Sequence record: PQ863255.1 | Direction: 5' to 3' (one strand) | DNA length: 64,000 nucleotides | Origin: Escherichia phage Ptacy1532 | Shown here: positions 39,772 through 48,965 of the stretch, in pieces | Layout: each line of letters opens with the position of its first letter | Position numbering within the stretch: position 1 is the stretch's first letter | Translations under genes and position numbers: made by a program | Notes under the pieces: model-generated | Told to the model about the DNA's origin: nothing | Seen by the model: only the letters and a program-made list of their open reading frames with translations | Databases searched by the model: none

Positions 39772-41802
39772 TTAACCTCTATTCAATGAACATTTAGGAG
39801 AATTACAATAAACTTGATTCATAGAACCAAGCGTACAACTTTCAGCATCGCGCCACGGAATCTGCTTAAAACACTCTGAACAGTAACCGAGGGTTGACCA
39901 CATTGCTTTGGTGAAGTCAGTGCTTCGGTTTCCGTCGAAGCTGACAACAGTTTTGCGGAGAGCTGTTCGTGATTCAGGAAACACACCTGCTTTCTCAGCA
40001 GGTTCCTCCTTTTTTGGCTTAGTTGAGATTGCAAAAATACTGTTGCTACGTTTCTCAACATAAGCATCAACAACATCCTCCAGAGTGATGCCTGTCTGTT
40101 TCGCTGAGGAAGGTAATACAGTCATACGACCAATCATGTCTTCAGTTACACGTAAAGCAAATTCAGGACGACGGGCGTTTGTTGTATCTGTTGCTTTAAT
40201 CCAGACATAACCATCTTTGATCGTAGCATTAGACACTTTCTTCTTTACTTCTACAGCGCAGACTTTACAGATATCTTCACCACGAAGACGACTAAGTTCA
40301 TCATCGAACTCGTTCTCTGTTTTAACTTCACCGCAGATTTCACAAACACCAATAGGAGTTTCCTCCTCTTCTTCGTCTTTAGATTTAGTCAAACCTTCCA
40401 GACATTCAGGATGCCAGTAGCACTGATATGCGAAGACTGCTTTAGGTGCGTCCTTCCAATCAATGTGTTTGTCACAACCGCCACAGTCACCATGAGAGTG
40501 TGCTTCCCAGAATTTACGAGTGATAGTAACGCCATTCTTGTTGACGAAACTATCATTCATGTCAAAAGGGATATCATCATCAAAGTCAGCAGTAGTAGAC
40601 TCAGGCTCCTTTTTCTCCAGAGATGGGTCAACAAAACGACCTGCTGTGATCACTAAACGGACCATAGCATTGACTTCGGAGATGCAGGATACTGTCCCAC
40701 GGTAAACAATTTTAGGGTCTTTCAGGGCATCCTGATAAGCCTTAATGTCTACGTTATGAACATCACCTTCGATATACTCTTGAGACTTCTCATCGTAGAT
40801 ATAACCAATCATCTTACCACGAGAAGGAACAGCACCAGCAGTTGCATAAGGAATAAATTCATGTGGTGTAATCTCCACAGTCATGTCGCGGCGAATGTCA
40901 ATATTTCGATCGCTTGCGATTTTGTTTTGACTTACCACTGCGTTTCTTCGACGAACGTCTGCCGCTGTCACGCCCGGCTTCGTGTCGTAAGGATTGCTTG
41001 TATTGCTTTTTGAGGAACTTTGATAGTTGCTTTGGCTGTAGTTGTTCGAGTAATAACTGCCCCAACGATTGGCTACCGTAAAAACCGGAAGCTCGTGGGC
41101 GACCTCTTCAACCAGAGTCATGCCGTTGTTTGACATATCAAAGATATACTCTGTACCAACTTTACATTCAAAATGCTCGTCAATACGGTTCTTATGAGAC
41201 TTAGAACGCTTCAGAATCCACATCAACATATCTTCTTCAGAAGCACCAAACCAATCTCTGTTACAACGTGCGAGGTGGAATGGACGCTCTTCGTTACGGA
41301 TGATATGAAGGCGGTTATCAGAAGCATCATGCCAGATTAAAGTGAAAGCACCATCCAGCTTTTGAATAGTCTCTGCTGCACCAATGGTGTTAATAGAGTG
41401 GCAGATGTTCTCACTGTCTACCTCGAAGTTTTTGCTGTCAGGTAACAGATCTTGGTCCATCAAGGTTCCATTATGAACCAGAGTGATGTTACCATGTTGG
41501 AAAGGATGGGCGTTCTTGGCGTTAACTGCACCTTTCGTTGCATGACGACTGTGACCAACAATCCATGAAGGTGCTACAGTGTAAGCTGTTTCACCAGTGG
41601 TGTGCTTCTTGTACTCATCTTGTAAGATGAATGCGAAAGAAGGAAGAGCTTCTTTATAAGTGAAGACTTCCTTAGTGCTTTTACGCTGACCAAAGATACC
41701 AGAGGAATGTTGTCCTCGGAATACTCCAGCATAAAAGAGTTGGTTGAATACGTCTAAATCGGTGCTTGACAGATTACCGCCAGCTAATACGATGCCACAA
41801 AT
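39772..41802 (-). CDS. class-II glutamine-amidotransferase-like N-terminal-nucleophile (Cys1) protein with Cys-rich zinc-ribbon C-terminal region; apparent AUU start codon
   Basis: Track ORF begins at TTG 41463, but the frame stays open 113 codons upstream to a TAG; the upstream part reads (M)CGIVLAGG ... RHATKG ... NAHPF ... LVHNGT, a classic Ntn GATase-II N-terminus; only ATT precedes Cys, 8 nt after an AGGTGG RBS. Confidence 0.65.
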   Translation of the reverse strand: MCGIVLAGGNLSSTDLDVFNQLFYAGVFRGQHSSGIFGQRKSTKEVFTYKEALPSFAFILQDEYKKHTTGETAYTVAPSWIVGHSRHATKGAVNAKNAHPFQHGNITLVHNGTLMDQDLLPDSKNFEVDSENICHSINTIGAAETIQKLDGAFTLIWHDASDNRLHIIRNEERPFHLARCNRDWFGASEEDMLMWILKRSKSHKNRIDEHFECKVGTEYIFDMSNNGMTLVEEVAHELPVFTVANRWGSYYSNNYSQSNYQSSSKSNTSNPYDTKPGVTAADVRRRNAVVSQNKIASDRNIDIRRDMTVEITPHEFIPYATAGAVPSRGKMIGYIYDEKSQEYIEGDVHNVDIKAYQDALKDPKIVYRGTVSCISEVNAMVRLVITAGRFVDPSLEKKEPESTTADFDDDIPFDMNDSFVNKNGVTITRKFWEAHSHGDCGGCDKHIDWKDAPKAVFAYQCYWHPECLEGLTKSKDEEEEETPIGVCEICGEVKTENEFDDELSRLRGEDICKVCAVEVKKKVSNATIKDGYVWIKATDTTNARRPEFALRVTEDMIGRMTVLPSSAKQTGITLEDVVDAYVEKRSNSIFAISTKPKKEEPAEKAGVFPESRTALRKTVVSFDGNRSTDFTKAMWSTLGYCSECFKQIPWRDAESCTLGSMNQVYCNSPKCSLNRG

Positions 41803-41881
41803 TTTCTAATCCACCTGAAGGGTAAACCCTTTCATCTAATTAACCTTTAAATTGTGCCCCTTTATCAGAGGCACCCATTGA

Positions 41882-42985
41882 TTACAGCGCTTGCTCTAAC
41901 TGATTTTCCAGATGGTCTGGAATGTACCCTGTGATATTGTTATCACTATGACCTGACTCACGCAGTAAGTCAAAAATAGCACGGATACGTTGTTCTGGAG
42001 CGTGTCTTACTTGAGACAGGTCAGTTGTACGAAGCATAACCAGAATCTCTTGGTACAAGTTGTTAGCGTTCCCTCGGACATACCCAAGGAATCCGTAGAA
42101 GTCTGACATAAGACGCAAGTCAACAAGAACATCTCCGTTGGAGTTGGTTCGACGTAAACGAATACGACCAGACTGTTCTACTTCATGAGAACGACAATAC
42201 AAAACATCACGGGCCATACAATAGCCTGAATGCAAATCCGATTCATCCAGATTGTAATCCAGAGGAAGGTAAGGAAGCATTGGGGCAAATCGTACAGTAT
42301 TTAAGTGCTCAATAAACTGATCATTGCTCATATCTGCGTTATCTAGAGCCAGCTTCTTCAACATCAAGAAGCGGTTAACCAGATTGAGAAGTTGACCACG
42401 TTTCCACTTAGGCTCACTGATACGGAACTCAATTGAACCGTATTGGGCAAGTGGCAGAAGGTTCAGAGATGTATATTTATCCCATGAACGAACCAGACGG
42501 TTGAAGAATTCTTCACCATCGTAGTTAAATGCGTCAGAGGCATTCATTACCTGTGCTTGTACCACTGCAAACGCAGGGCAGAAATTGCTACGGTAACGAT
42601 GGTAGCCTGAACACTTGAACAACATCTTTTCGTAGAAGGTCCAAGCAAGGATGGTCTTCTTGAGGATATTACTATCAGCATCCCTCATATCCATATGAAC
42701 GTGAGTAGAGCAACGCCAAGTCCCCTCGGCGTGCGATTCAGCTACTGCTTCACTCAGGTTGTTGATAGCGTCTAACAACTCCTGTCCGTTGTAAGGTCGT
42801 GAACATACCATTTCACAACCATTACGCAGGGAACCATCCTCTGTGCAATCCCACATATCTGCTTCGATATGTTCAGAACCTTCGAGTTCAAGTTCAATAC
42901 CGACACCGCACTGAAGTGCAATTGAACTATGCGCCTCAGTTAAACGACCTTCTCGATATCCAAAAGTTTGCGCTACAGTTGTCAT
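41882..42985 (-). CDS. glutamine-synthetase/GCS2-like COOH-NH2 ligase (amidoligase) candidate
   Basis: N-terminal GVGIELELEG resembles the G.E.E metal-binding strand of GS-like amidoligases; weaker than the other cluster assignments. Confidence 0.5.
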   Translation of the reverse strand: MTTVAQTFGYREGRLTEAHSSIALQCGVGIELELEGSEHIEADMWDCTEDGSLRNGCEMVCSRPYNGQELLDAINNLSEAVAESHAEGTWRCSTHVHMDMRDADSNILKKTILAWTFYEKMLFKCSGYHRYRSNFCPAFAVVQAQVMNASDAFNYDGEEFFNRLVRSWDKYTSLNLLPLAQYGSIEFRISEPKWKRGQLLNLVNRFLMLKKLALDNADMSNDQFIEHLNTVRFAPMLPYLPLDYNLDESDLHSGYCMARDVLYCRSHEVEQSGRIRLRRTNSNGDVLVDLRLMSDFYGFLGYVRGNANNLYQEILVMLRTTDLSQVRHAPEQRIRAIFDLLRESGHSDNNITGYIPDHLENQLEQAL

Positions 42986-43599
42986 AACGAATCCACCAAC
43001 GTAATATTATAATTGCTAAGGTTTTCAGAGATGTGATGAAAATACTCCAGAAGTCGCATCGGTTGTTGACCGTAAGAGTCACGAGGCGCTTCCAGATCTA
43101 CCTGACCTACCAGTGCACCTTTATAATGCACTTTACCATCTGTAGGATTGATGTAAATATAACGAGTAACCAATCCATCAAATTCAGGATTGAACAGACT
43201 GTAAACCATTTCACCAGAGATAGAACGACCAATCCCCGGAGCGTTTCGAATCTTATTACCCATCAAACCCTTCGCTCTCTGACGAACAGGGTTGATATGA
43301 GTCCAGCTTACGGTATTACCGTTATGGAACAGATAACCAACATCAGGTGATTCAAGAATCAAGGTTGGGTCGAACACTGGAATATTCATCGTAGTGTTTC
43401 GGAGATTCCCATGCTCATTCTTGTACCACTGCTCTACAACAAAGTATAGAGCCTGTTCTGCTTCGTGTGAGAAGTCATCGCTGCGGAAGTTACCGCTCTG
43501 CTCAACACCAATCACAAAACACGGAAGGTTGATATTGCCTGCTCGTTTAGCAATCCATGTACCATTATAGTAATGAGAAAAATCAGCTACTAAGCTCAC
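42982..43599 (-). CDS. hypothetical protein (candidate component of the amidoligase cluster)
   Basis: 205-aa ORF ATGA-coupled to neighbours. Confidence 0.45.
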   Translation of the reverse strand: MSLVADFSHYYNGTWIAKRAGNINLPCFVIGVEQSGNFRSDDFSHEAEQALYFVVEQWYKNEHGNLRNTTMNIPVFDPTLILESPDVGYLFHNGNTVSWTHINPVRQRAKGLMGNKIRNAPGIGRSISGEMVYSLFNPEFDGLVTRYIYINPTDGKVHYKGALVGQVDLEAPRDSYGQQPMRLLEYFHHISENLSNYNITLVDSL

Positions 43600-43608
43600 G
43601 ATAACCTC

Positions 43609-44415
43609 TTATGCTACCTGAAGGAGTTTGATCTGCTGGTCCGCTTCTTTAACGTTGTTCCCGTTAATGATTTCATGAAGCTTCTCAATCGGAAGGCGAG
43701 AATGCAATGCCATCAGAGTGGACATATCACACTGTTGAACAACCTTGTCAACCTGATCGTAAACAAACTTACGGTTTTCACGATCACTAATCCAGAAGTT
43801 GGACAGCGAACGATATTCGATACCGTAGTCCTTATAACGGATTGCAGACGCTTTACCGTAGAGTTCTTTACGGCGAGTATCTTTGTCCATAATTACTGCT
43901 GGAAGTGACAGGAAGTAATCACACAGCACACCAAGCATCATCTGAGTTTGCAGAGTGATATCCAAAGCACCAACTACGCCAAGATGTACGTGACCACCGG
44001 CAGTACGAAGCCCCTTGTTCTGAGAAGTTGGGGATGGGTTTTTCTGACCAGTGAAAGCGTTGAAGTCAGGAGTGCATCCAAAGATGAACGCTGATTCATT
44101 AAAGGTCTTCATCTCTTCTTCGGTGAAGATGTGAGAGCTGACACCCGGAGCTGTTTCCATATCCAGCTTGTTCAGGACATTATTGGTGAGATCAATACCA
44201 CGTTGCATGTTATCGTTAAACGCTTCAAAACCGCTCTGTGGGTCGATATCAAACTCAGCCAATACGTTGTCCTCTTGAAGACGAACATCCTTAGCCAGAG
44301 CGATCTTATCGTCCTTAGAACAGCCTAATAGACCGGCTACAGAGGTGATGATACCGTTGCTGGTACGAACAAACATTTCCGGGTCCGACCCGATAAGGAA
44401 TTTGCGCTTAGTCAT
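43609..44415 (-). CDS. hypothetical protein (candidate component of the amidoligase cluster)
   Basis: 268-aa ORF; N-terminal IGSDPEMFV. Confidence 0.45.
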   Translation of the reverse strand: MTKRKFLIGSDPEMFVRTSNGIITSVAGLLGCSKDDKIALAKDVRLQEDNVLAEFDIDPQSGFEAFNDNMQRGIDLTNNVLNKLDMETAPGVSSHIFTEEEMKTFNESAFIFGCTPDFNAFTGQKNPSPTSQNKGLRTAGGHVHLGVVGALDITLQTQMMLGVLCDYFLSLPAVIMDKDTRRKELYGKASAIRYKDYGIEYRSLSNFWISDRENRKFVYDQVDKVVQQCDMSTLMALHSRLPIEKLHEIINGNNVKEADQQIKLLQVA

Positions 44416-45379
44416 TGTAATACTCCACTAGTTCAGAAAAGAGAGATGAGATTGTGTTACCAACTTCTTCAAGAGTAAGACCGGAATCTGCTCCAGTTCT
44501 CTGAATCAGTCGGGCTGTAAAGTTTTGTACTGTAATGTTTCCCAACTTGTCGTCTATTGCTTCACGTTTGTGACCATAACAGTTGGACCAGAGTCTTAAC
44601 CACTCTGACATTGTTTCATACTCGTCTGGGTCTTGATCTTTAGCACGAGCAAATCTTCGTAAGGCATCTTGGTTGTGGTTACGAACATAACCATTCTCAT
44701 TGTCGCCAACACCGAAGGGGTTTTGAACCCATACTTGCTTCGTATATTCATCAGAGTCTACAACCAAAGGAAGGAAAGCTGCTGCTGACATATTGTTGTT
44801 AATAACAATAGAGGTGCTCTCGCTACTCCCATTGGCTCTCCCTCGTTGAGACCACCCACCAAAGAAGTCACGACCCAACCCAGCTAACACTAGAGCGATG
44901 CCGATGCGTTTACGCTTCAGCCACTCTTCCCTGTCTTCAATTCCTTCTGCTAGGAAATCCATTCCACGATACTGTCCTTCCAGAATGCTACGGAAGAGCA
45001 TAAGTCCTGTGAAGATCTGATCTGCTGGATGCTCACGAAGGTTGACAGCAACACTATTCGCTGAAGTGATCGTAAATACGTCACGATAGCAAGACATGGA
45101 GTTCATAATGTCTGCTGTTTCAACCAAGTTCTTTTCAATATCAGATGCAACATGACCATGAAAAGAGTGAGTCCAGTAATTCAACATCTCCAGTTGCAAG
45201 TTGATATCGCGGTTGAAGCGACGATAGCGCCCTTCTTCCGTGATAACTTCACCATTAATGTCATTTACACACTGGCCTTGCATGTAGTTGTGGATACCGA
45301 AGCACCCACGACCTAAGAACTTCTGTTCCCCTAAATCTTGTTGAAGATTAAAAGGTACGATCGTTGTGGAGATTGACAT
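44408..45379 (-). CDS. hypothetical protein (candidate component of the amidoligase cluster)
   Basis: 323-aa ORF. Confidence 0.45.
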   Translation of the reverse strand: MSISTTIVPFNLQQDLGEQKFLGRGCFGIHNYMQGQCVNDINGEVITEEGRYRRFNRDINLQLEMLNYWTHSFHGHVASDIEKNLVETADIMNSMSCYRDVFTITSANSVAVNLREHPADQIFTGLMLFRSILEGQYRGMDFLAEGIEDREEWLKRKRIGIALVLAGLGRDFFGGWSQRGRANGSSESTSIVINNNMSAAAFLPLVVDSDEYTKQVWVQNPFGVGDNENGYVRNHNQDALRRFARAKDQDPDEYETMSEWLRLWSNCYGHKREAIDDKLGNITVQNFTARLIQRTGADSGLTLEEVGNTISSLFSELVEYYND

Positions 45380-45389
45380 AACTAACCTT

Positions 45390-46583
45390 TTATTTTCCTA
45401 AAAATAATCCGCTCATAACACCATCCCACTCAGAGGACGGAATCACTGAATACTCCGAACTTTGGTCCAGAGTTCCACTACTAAATCGCTGAACAATGTT
45501 GTAGATGTTGAACAGGTCTTTAGCCTCGGCACGAATGCCGTAGATTAACCTGTTAGCTGTTCTCTCATTTTTAGACACGCGACGGGTAAAGTTAACCAAA
45601 AGATTATCACCTTTAAGTATCTCTGACCCATCTTTTACTAGATCGGGGTGCATCACTGGCAAGAACATTGAGTTGTTAACTCGCAATTCTGCTGTTTCGT
45701 CGTTCTCATAATGAATCCACTTAAAGTCTTCATCACGAAAGTGACCGCATCCATCTCTGTATGACTGTTGACGCCAAGGCACTTGAAATGCTTCAGCGTA
45801 TTTATCAGCCATGCCAACCGTAAATAGTGACGCTGGGAAAATACAAGCATCCCAATCGTTACCAACCAGAGTTGCTTTCGTTTCTCCCAAGAGGTTGGTG
45901 TAAGTGCTAACCATTCGTGAGTAAACGTAAGCCTGAAGAATTGTCCAGCCTTCAACCAACCATTTATGAAGGAAGGTTTCAACTTGACTCTCTTCATCTT
46001 CACAATAGAAGGTTCGATCTAACATCAAATAGAACAGACAACGATCAGCAGGAACATTCTCAGTTGCTACCCCCATAAAACCTTTCTCGTGCCAGCGTAA
46101 ACAGGAGGGACGATCTTTGTCCACAAATGCTTCCATAGCTTCCAGTACAGCACGAGGTGTGGTTCGATGTTCAGGGTTTTTGTCGTTCCAACGTTCGATG
46201 TTATTTTTAAGCTCGCCTTCGTAATCAATAGCACCCCAACCTAAAGCTTCGGATACATGCTCTGCGTCACGCCAACGTCTAAAACCTAACATCTTCATGT
46301 GAGTTCCGGAGTTCCAGATATGCTTGATTTTACACATATCCATCTCTCGGCTTAACAGGAACTCTTCCCCATCAGCACTACGAACGTTAGCTTCTTCATG
46401 CCACACTCGAACGTGCATATTCCACCCATGAGTTGCCTCATACATGTTAGGGTCGAAGTATTCATCTTCGTCATCATCTTCATCAACGCCACCGTTATAG
46501 TTGCGAAGCTGAAGGAACCCATAACAAGGAGGGTTGACCGTTAAAACATTACCTTCAGTATCTTCTAATGTTACTGGAAACAT
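45390..46583 (-). CDS. hypothetical protein (candidate component of the amidoligase cluster)
   Basis: 397-aa ORF with acidic N-terminal stretch. Confidence 0.45.
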   Translation of the reverse strand: MFPVTLEDTEGNVLTVNPPCYGFLQLRNYNGGVDEDDDEDEYFDPNMYEATHGWNMHVRVWHEEANVRSADGEEFLLSREMDMCKIKHIWNSGTHMKMLGFRRWRDAEHVSEALGWGAIDYEGELKNNIERWNDKNPEHRTTPRAVLEAMEAFVDKDRPSCLRWHEKGFMGVATENVPADRCLFYLMLDRTFYCEDEESQVETFLHKWLVEGWTILQAYVYSRMVSTYTNLLGETKATLVGNDWDACIFPASLFTVGMADKYAEAFQVPWRQQSYRDGCGHFRDEDFKWIHYENDETAELRVNNSMFLPVMHPDLVKDGSEILKGDNLLVNFTRRVSKNERTANRLIYGIRAEAKDLFNIYNIVQRFSSGTLDQSSEYSVIPSSEWDGVMSGLFLGK

Positions 46584-46594
46584 TATACCAACCT

Positions 46595-46957
46595 CTATTG
46601 GTTTTTAATCAACTCAATCGACTTACGGATATAAAGGATATCTCGGAAATTTCGATAGTTGTTCATAAATTGATGCTTCTGGAAAGTAGCTTCTTCCAGA
46701 GCTTTCTTTGCTTCTGCGTAGTTTTTACGGGCAAGATGTACAACCCGCTCGGGTAACACATTTGCATGACGGATGACATACTTGTGAGCTTTCATGTTGC
46801 TTTGCTCACGAGCAATCTTACCTTTAGCAACTTTGATACCATTTGCAATCCAAGCAAGTTCTTGCTCAAGCTCATCGTTGGACATTCCACCGAGATTTGA
46901 TGCAACCTTGTTCAGAGTTTCAATATTAACGTTGCCCTTAATGGGACGTGTATTCAT
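46595..46957 (-). CDS. hypothetical protein
   Basis: 120-aa ORF. Confidence 0.45.
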   Translation of the reverse strand: MNTRPIKGNVNIETLNKVASNLGGMSNDELEQELAWIANGIKVAKGKIAREQSNMKAHKYVIRHANVLPERVVHLARKNYAEAKKALEEATFQKHQFMNNYRNFRDILYIRKSIELIKNQ

Positions 46958-46959
46958 AC

Positions 46960-47112
46960 TTACTCCTGTTGTTTACACTCGTCAATAACCCACTGATAAG
47001 TGGATTGCCCAGAAAAGAAACACTGAATAAATCCAGATGTTCTCTGCGTTACCAGTGCTAGTGCACAAATCACTACCGCTGCTGCTAGCAGTTTTAAATC
47101 TAATTTAGACAT
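46960..47112 (-). CDS. small membrane/secreted protein (about 50 aa)
   Basis: Track ORF trimmed to the ATG with GAGAGGAAA RBS; hydrophobic LLAAAVVICALALV. Confidence 0.3.
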   Translation of the reverse strand: MSKLDLKLLAAAVVICALALVTQRTSGFIQCFFSGQSTYQWVIDECKQQE

Positions 47113-47224
47113 ATTTCCTCTCATTGAATTTAAAAAAGGACTCTCCGAAAAGAGCCAAGCTTTAAATCCAAAAAAGATATTACCCAATATCTGTGGATAA
47201 CCTGCTCTTAAAATATCTATCCGA

Positions 47225-47345
47225 CGGATGTTCGAGGATTGTTCCTCTCCCTAGCATCGGCCCCATACGGGAAATATATTAAGATTAGGTTAGTTGAGTC
47301 AGAATAACTCACATAGCCCTCCGAAGAAGGCTATAGGCGTTACTA
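47225..47345 (-). promoter_or_regulatory. conserved intergenic element, copy A (hairpin TATAGCC..GGGCTATGTGAG, then GCTAGGGAGAG and CTCGAACATCCG boxes)
   Basis: About 120 nt sharing ordered blocks with 54055-54178; starts right at the stop of the upstream gene. Confidence 0.35.
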
Positions 47346-47348
47346 CAA

Positions 47349-47564
47349 CTAAAAATCACTTGATTTTACAAAATCATCACTAAGGATTTCGTCAATCTCT
47401 TTGCTAGTCAAATCTTTCCTGAACCAGCAACAAGGAACATCCACCCATTGACCAGAGTTGTTTTCTACAGAGCATCTATTGCCTGTCTTACTCTTGCACT
47501 TATAGGTTTTCCCTTTGTCTAGACGATAGTGTATTCTGTAAACGATCGACACAAGTGCTATCAT
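47349..47564 (-). CDS. hypothetical protein
   Basis: 71-aa ORF. Confidence 0.4.
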   Translation of the reverse strand: MIALVSIVYRIHYRLDKGKTYKCKSKTGNRCSVENNSGQWVDVPCCWFRKDLTSKEIDEILSDDFVKSSDF

Positions 47565-48028
47565 TACTCTATCCTAACTGAAGGGCAGTATTTCTCTTTC
47601 TTGCTGCGATACATCACAACAATCCAGTTTGAATCACGACGCTCTTTCTTACGTCGTTTCTTTTCAGCACGAGTTTCATATGTGCTAGTTCGGTGGTCAC
47701 GGTATATTCCACGAAGTTCATGAAATGCCCAACTACCACCAAACACTACACCAGCCAAAGCAGCCAAAGGTAAGGCACCAAGAGCAGGGGCAGTGAACCA
47801 TGTCCACCAATTGAATGACAAAAAATTCTCATGTCCAAGGAGAGAGCCACCAATCATGGATAGTGCAGCGTATACAATCCCTAACAGCAGCGTCAGTGCA
47901 ATGAAGTGCATCACTGTACGCCAGAAGTATTCGCAAAAGTTAGTCATATTATCCCAATGAGGGTTGGGTAAACCTGACATGGTTTTGTTTAACTTATGCA
48001 ACCATCCGTTCTTGTTAATCTTGATCAT
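47564..48028 (-). CDS. integral membrane protein (2-3 TM helices, basic C-terminal tail)
   Basis: Hydrophobic segments HFIALTLLLGIVYAALSMIGG and FTAPALGALPLAALAGVVFGG. Confidence 0.45.
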   Translation of the reverse strand: MIKINKNGWLHKLNKTMSGLPNPHWDNMTNFCEYFWRTVMHFIALTLLLGIVYAALSMIGGSLLGHENFLSFNWWTWFTAPALGALPLAALAGVVFGGSWAFHELRGIYRDHRTSTYETRAEKKRRKKERRDSNWIVVMYRSKKEKYCPSVRIE

Positions 48029-48261
48029 TACTCACCTTTCTTGGCACGATCTTTGGCAGTTTTACCAGTGCGGATGCGATGGGAAACGTTAACCAGAGTA
48101 CCACCATCAACTACGGTAACGCTCTTGTTTTTAGCCAGATCAAACACAGTCTTCTCTGTGCCACCCAAGCGAATTTGCTTAGGCTCACTGAAGGTTTGGG
48201 TTGATTTAGATTGGAACTGGAACGGTTGACGGATTGCATCGATTGCGCTTACTTTAGACAT
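48028..48261 (-). CDS. hypothetical protein
   Basis: 77-aa ORF directly downstream of conserved element C. Confidence 0.4.
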   Translation of the reverse strand: MSKVSAIDAIRQPFQFQSKSTQTFSEPKQIRLGGTEKTVFDLAKNKSVTVVDGGTLVNVSHRIRTGKTAKDRAKKGE

Positions 48262-48495
48262 AGGGGAAATTCCTTAAAAAGTTATGGCTGCGTAGAGGGA
48301 ATTCCCTACGCAAATTGGGACGCCCACAGAGAGGCGTCATAGTACTAAAAGGAGGAGAGAAGAGGGATTATTTAGCTACCTTTTTCTGTCCATTTACGAA
48401 CCAGATAATTGAACCGTCAGGCTGTCGTTGACCGAAGCCTTTTTGGTTAATCATATCGTCATAAGAATATGCTTTACGTCTCATTTGTTTTCCTA

Positions 48496-48708
48496 TTAAC
48501 AGGCGTAGTTACGTAGGTATACATGCCGATCTCTCAGCACCTCACCAAGAAAAGATTTGTAATCTTCTGTTATGCCAGAATAAAACTTCTCTTTAGCTTC
48601 TTCTTCGGACACTTTCCACAACTTAGAAAGTTGGTTGAACAAGATTTCCTCTGAGGAAAACAGTAGATAGGCATTCTGTATGAGTATGTCTTTCTCTTCT
48701 TGAGTCAT
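48496..48708 (-). CDS. hypothetical protein
   Basis: 70-aa ORF. Confidence 0.4.
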   Translation of the reverse strand: MTQEEKDILIQNAYLLFSSEEILFNQLSKLWKVSEEEAKEKFYSGITEDYKSFLGEVLRDRHVYLRNYAC

Positions 48709-48717
48709 AGACCACCC

Positions 48718-48963
48718 TTACATTAGAGTTAAGATGATCTCTGCTTTGGCAAACTTCTCACCAACTTCAAGAGTGTCAGAAACAGGACGAGGTTCGCCTG
48801 TGCCTAAATTAACTGCTCTGCGATATCCACCAGATAGAGGCATCATCAAATAAATGACCTGACTGTCATCATCTTTTAAAGTAAAGATGTCAGCGATCGC
48901 TAGATCTTTAACAAAGAGTTTCTTTTCTTCTTCATGATGAACTTTGATATGTATTGTGCTCAT
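48718..48963 (-). CDS. small protein of the tandem ~80-aa paralog family
   Basis: Shares the family pattern (N-terminal MK/basic, L..L..G..F, central Y, C-terminal NL.TG) with nine neighbours. Confidence 0.5.
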   Translation of the reverse strand: MSTIHIKVHHEEEKKLFVKDLAIADIFTLKDDDSQVIYLMMPLSGGYRRAVNLGTGEPRPVSDTLEVGEKFAKAEIILTLM

Positions 48964-48965
48964 GC

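Noticed and set aside
47225-47345. T7-type single-subunit RNA polymerase promoters (because of the GCTAGGGAGAG box)
   Set aside because: Only a partial resemblance to the initiating region of the T7 consensus; no single-subunit RNA polymerase gene is visible in the window, whereas a sigma-factor gene is
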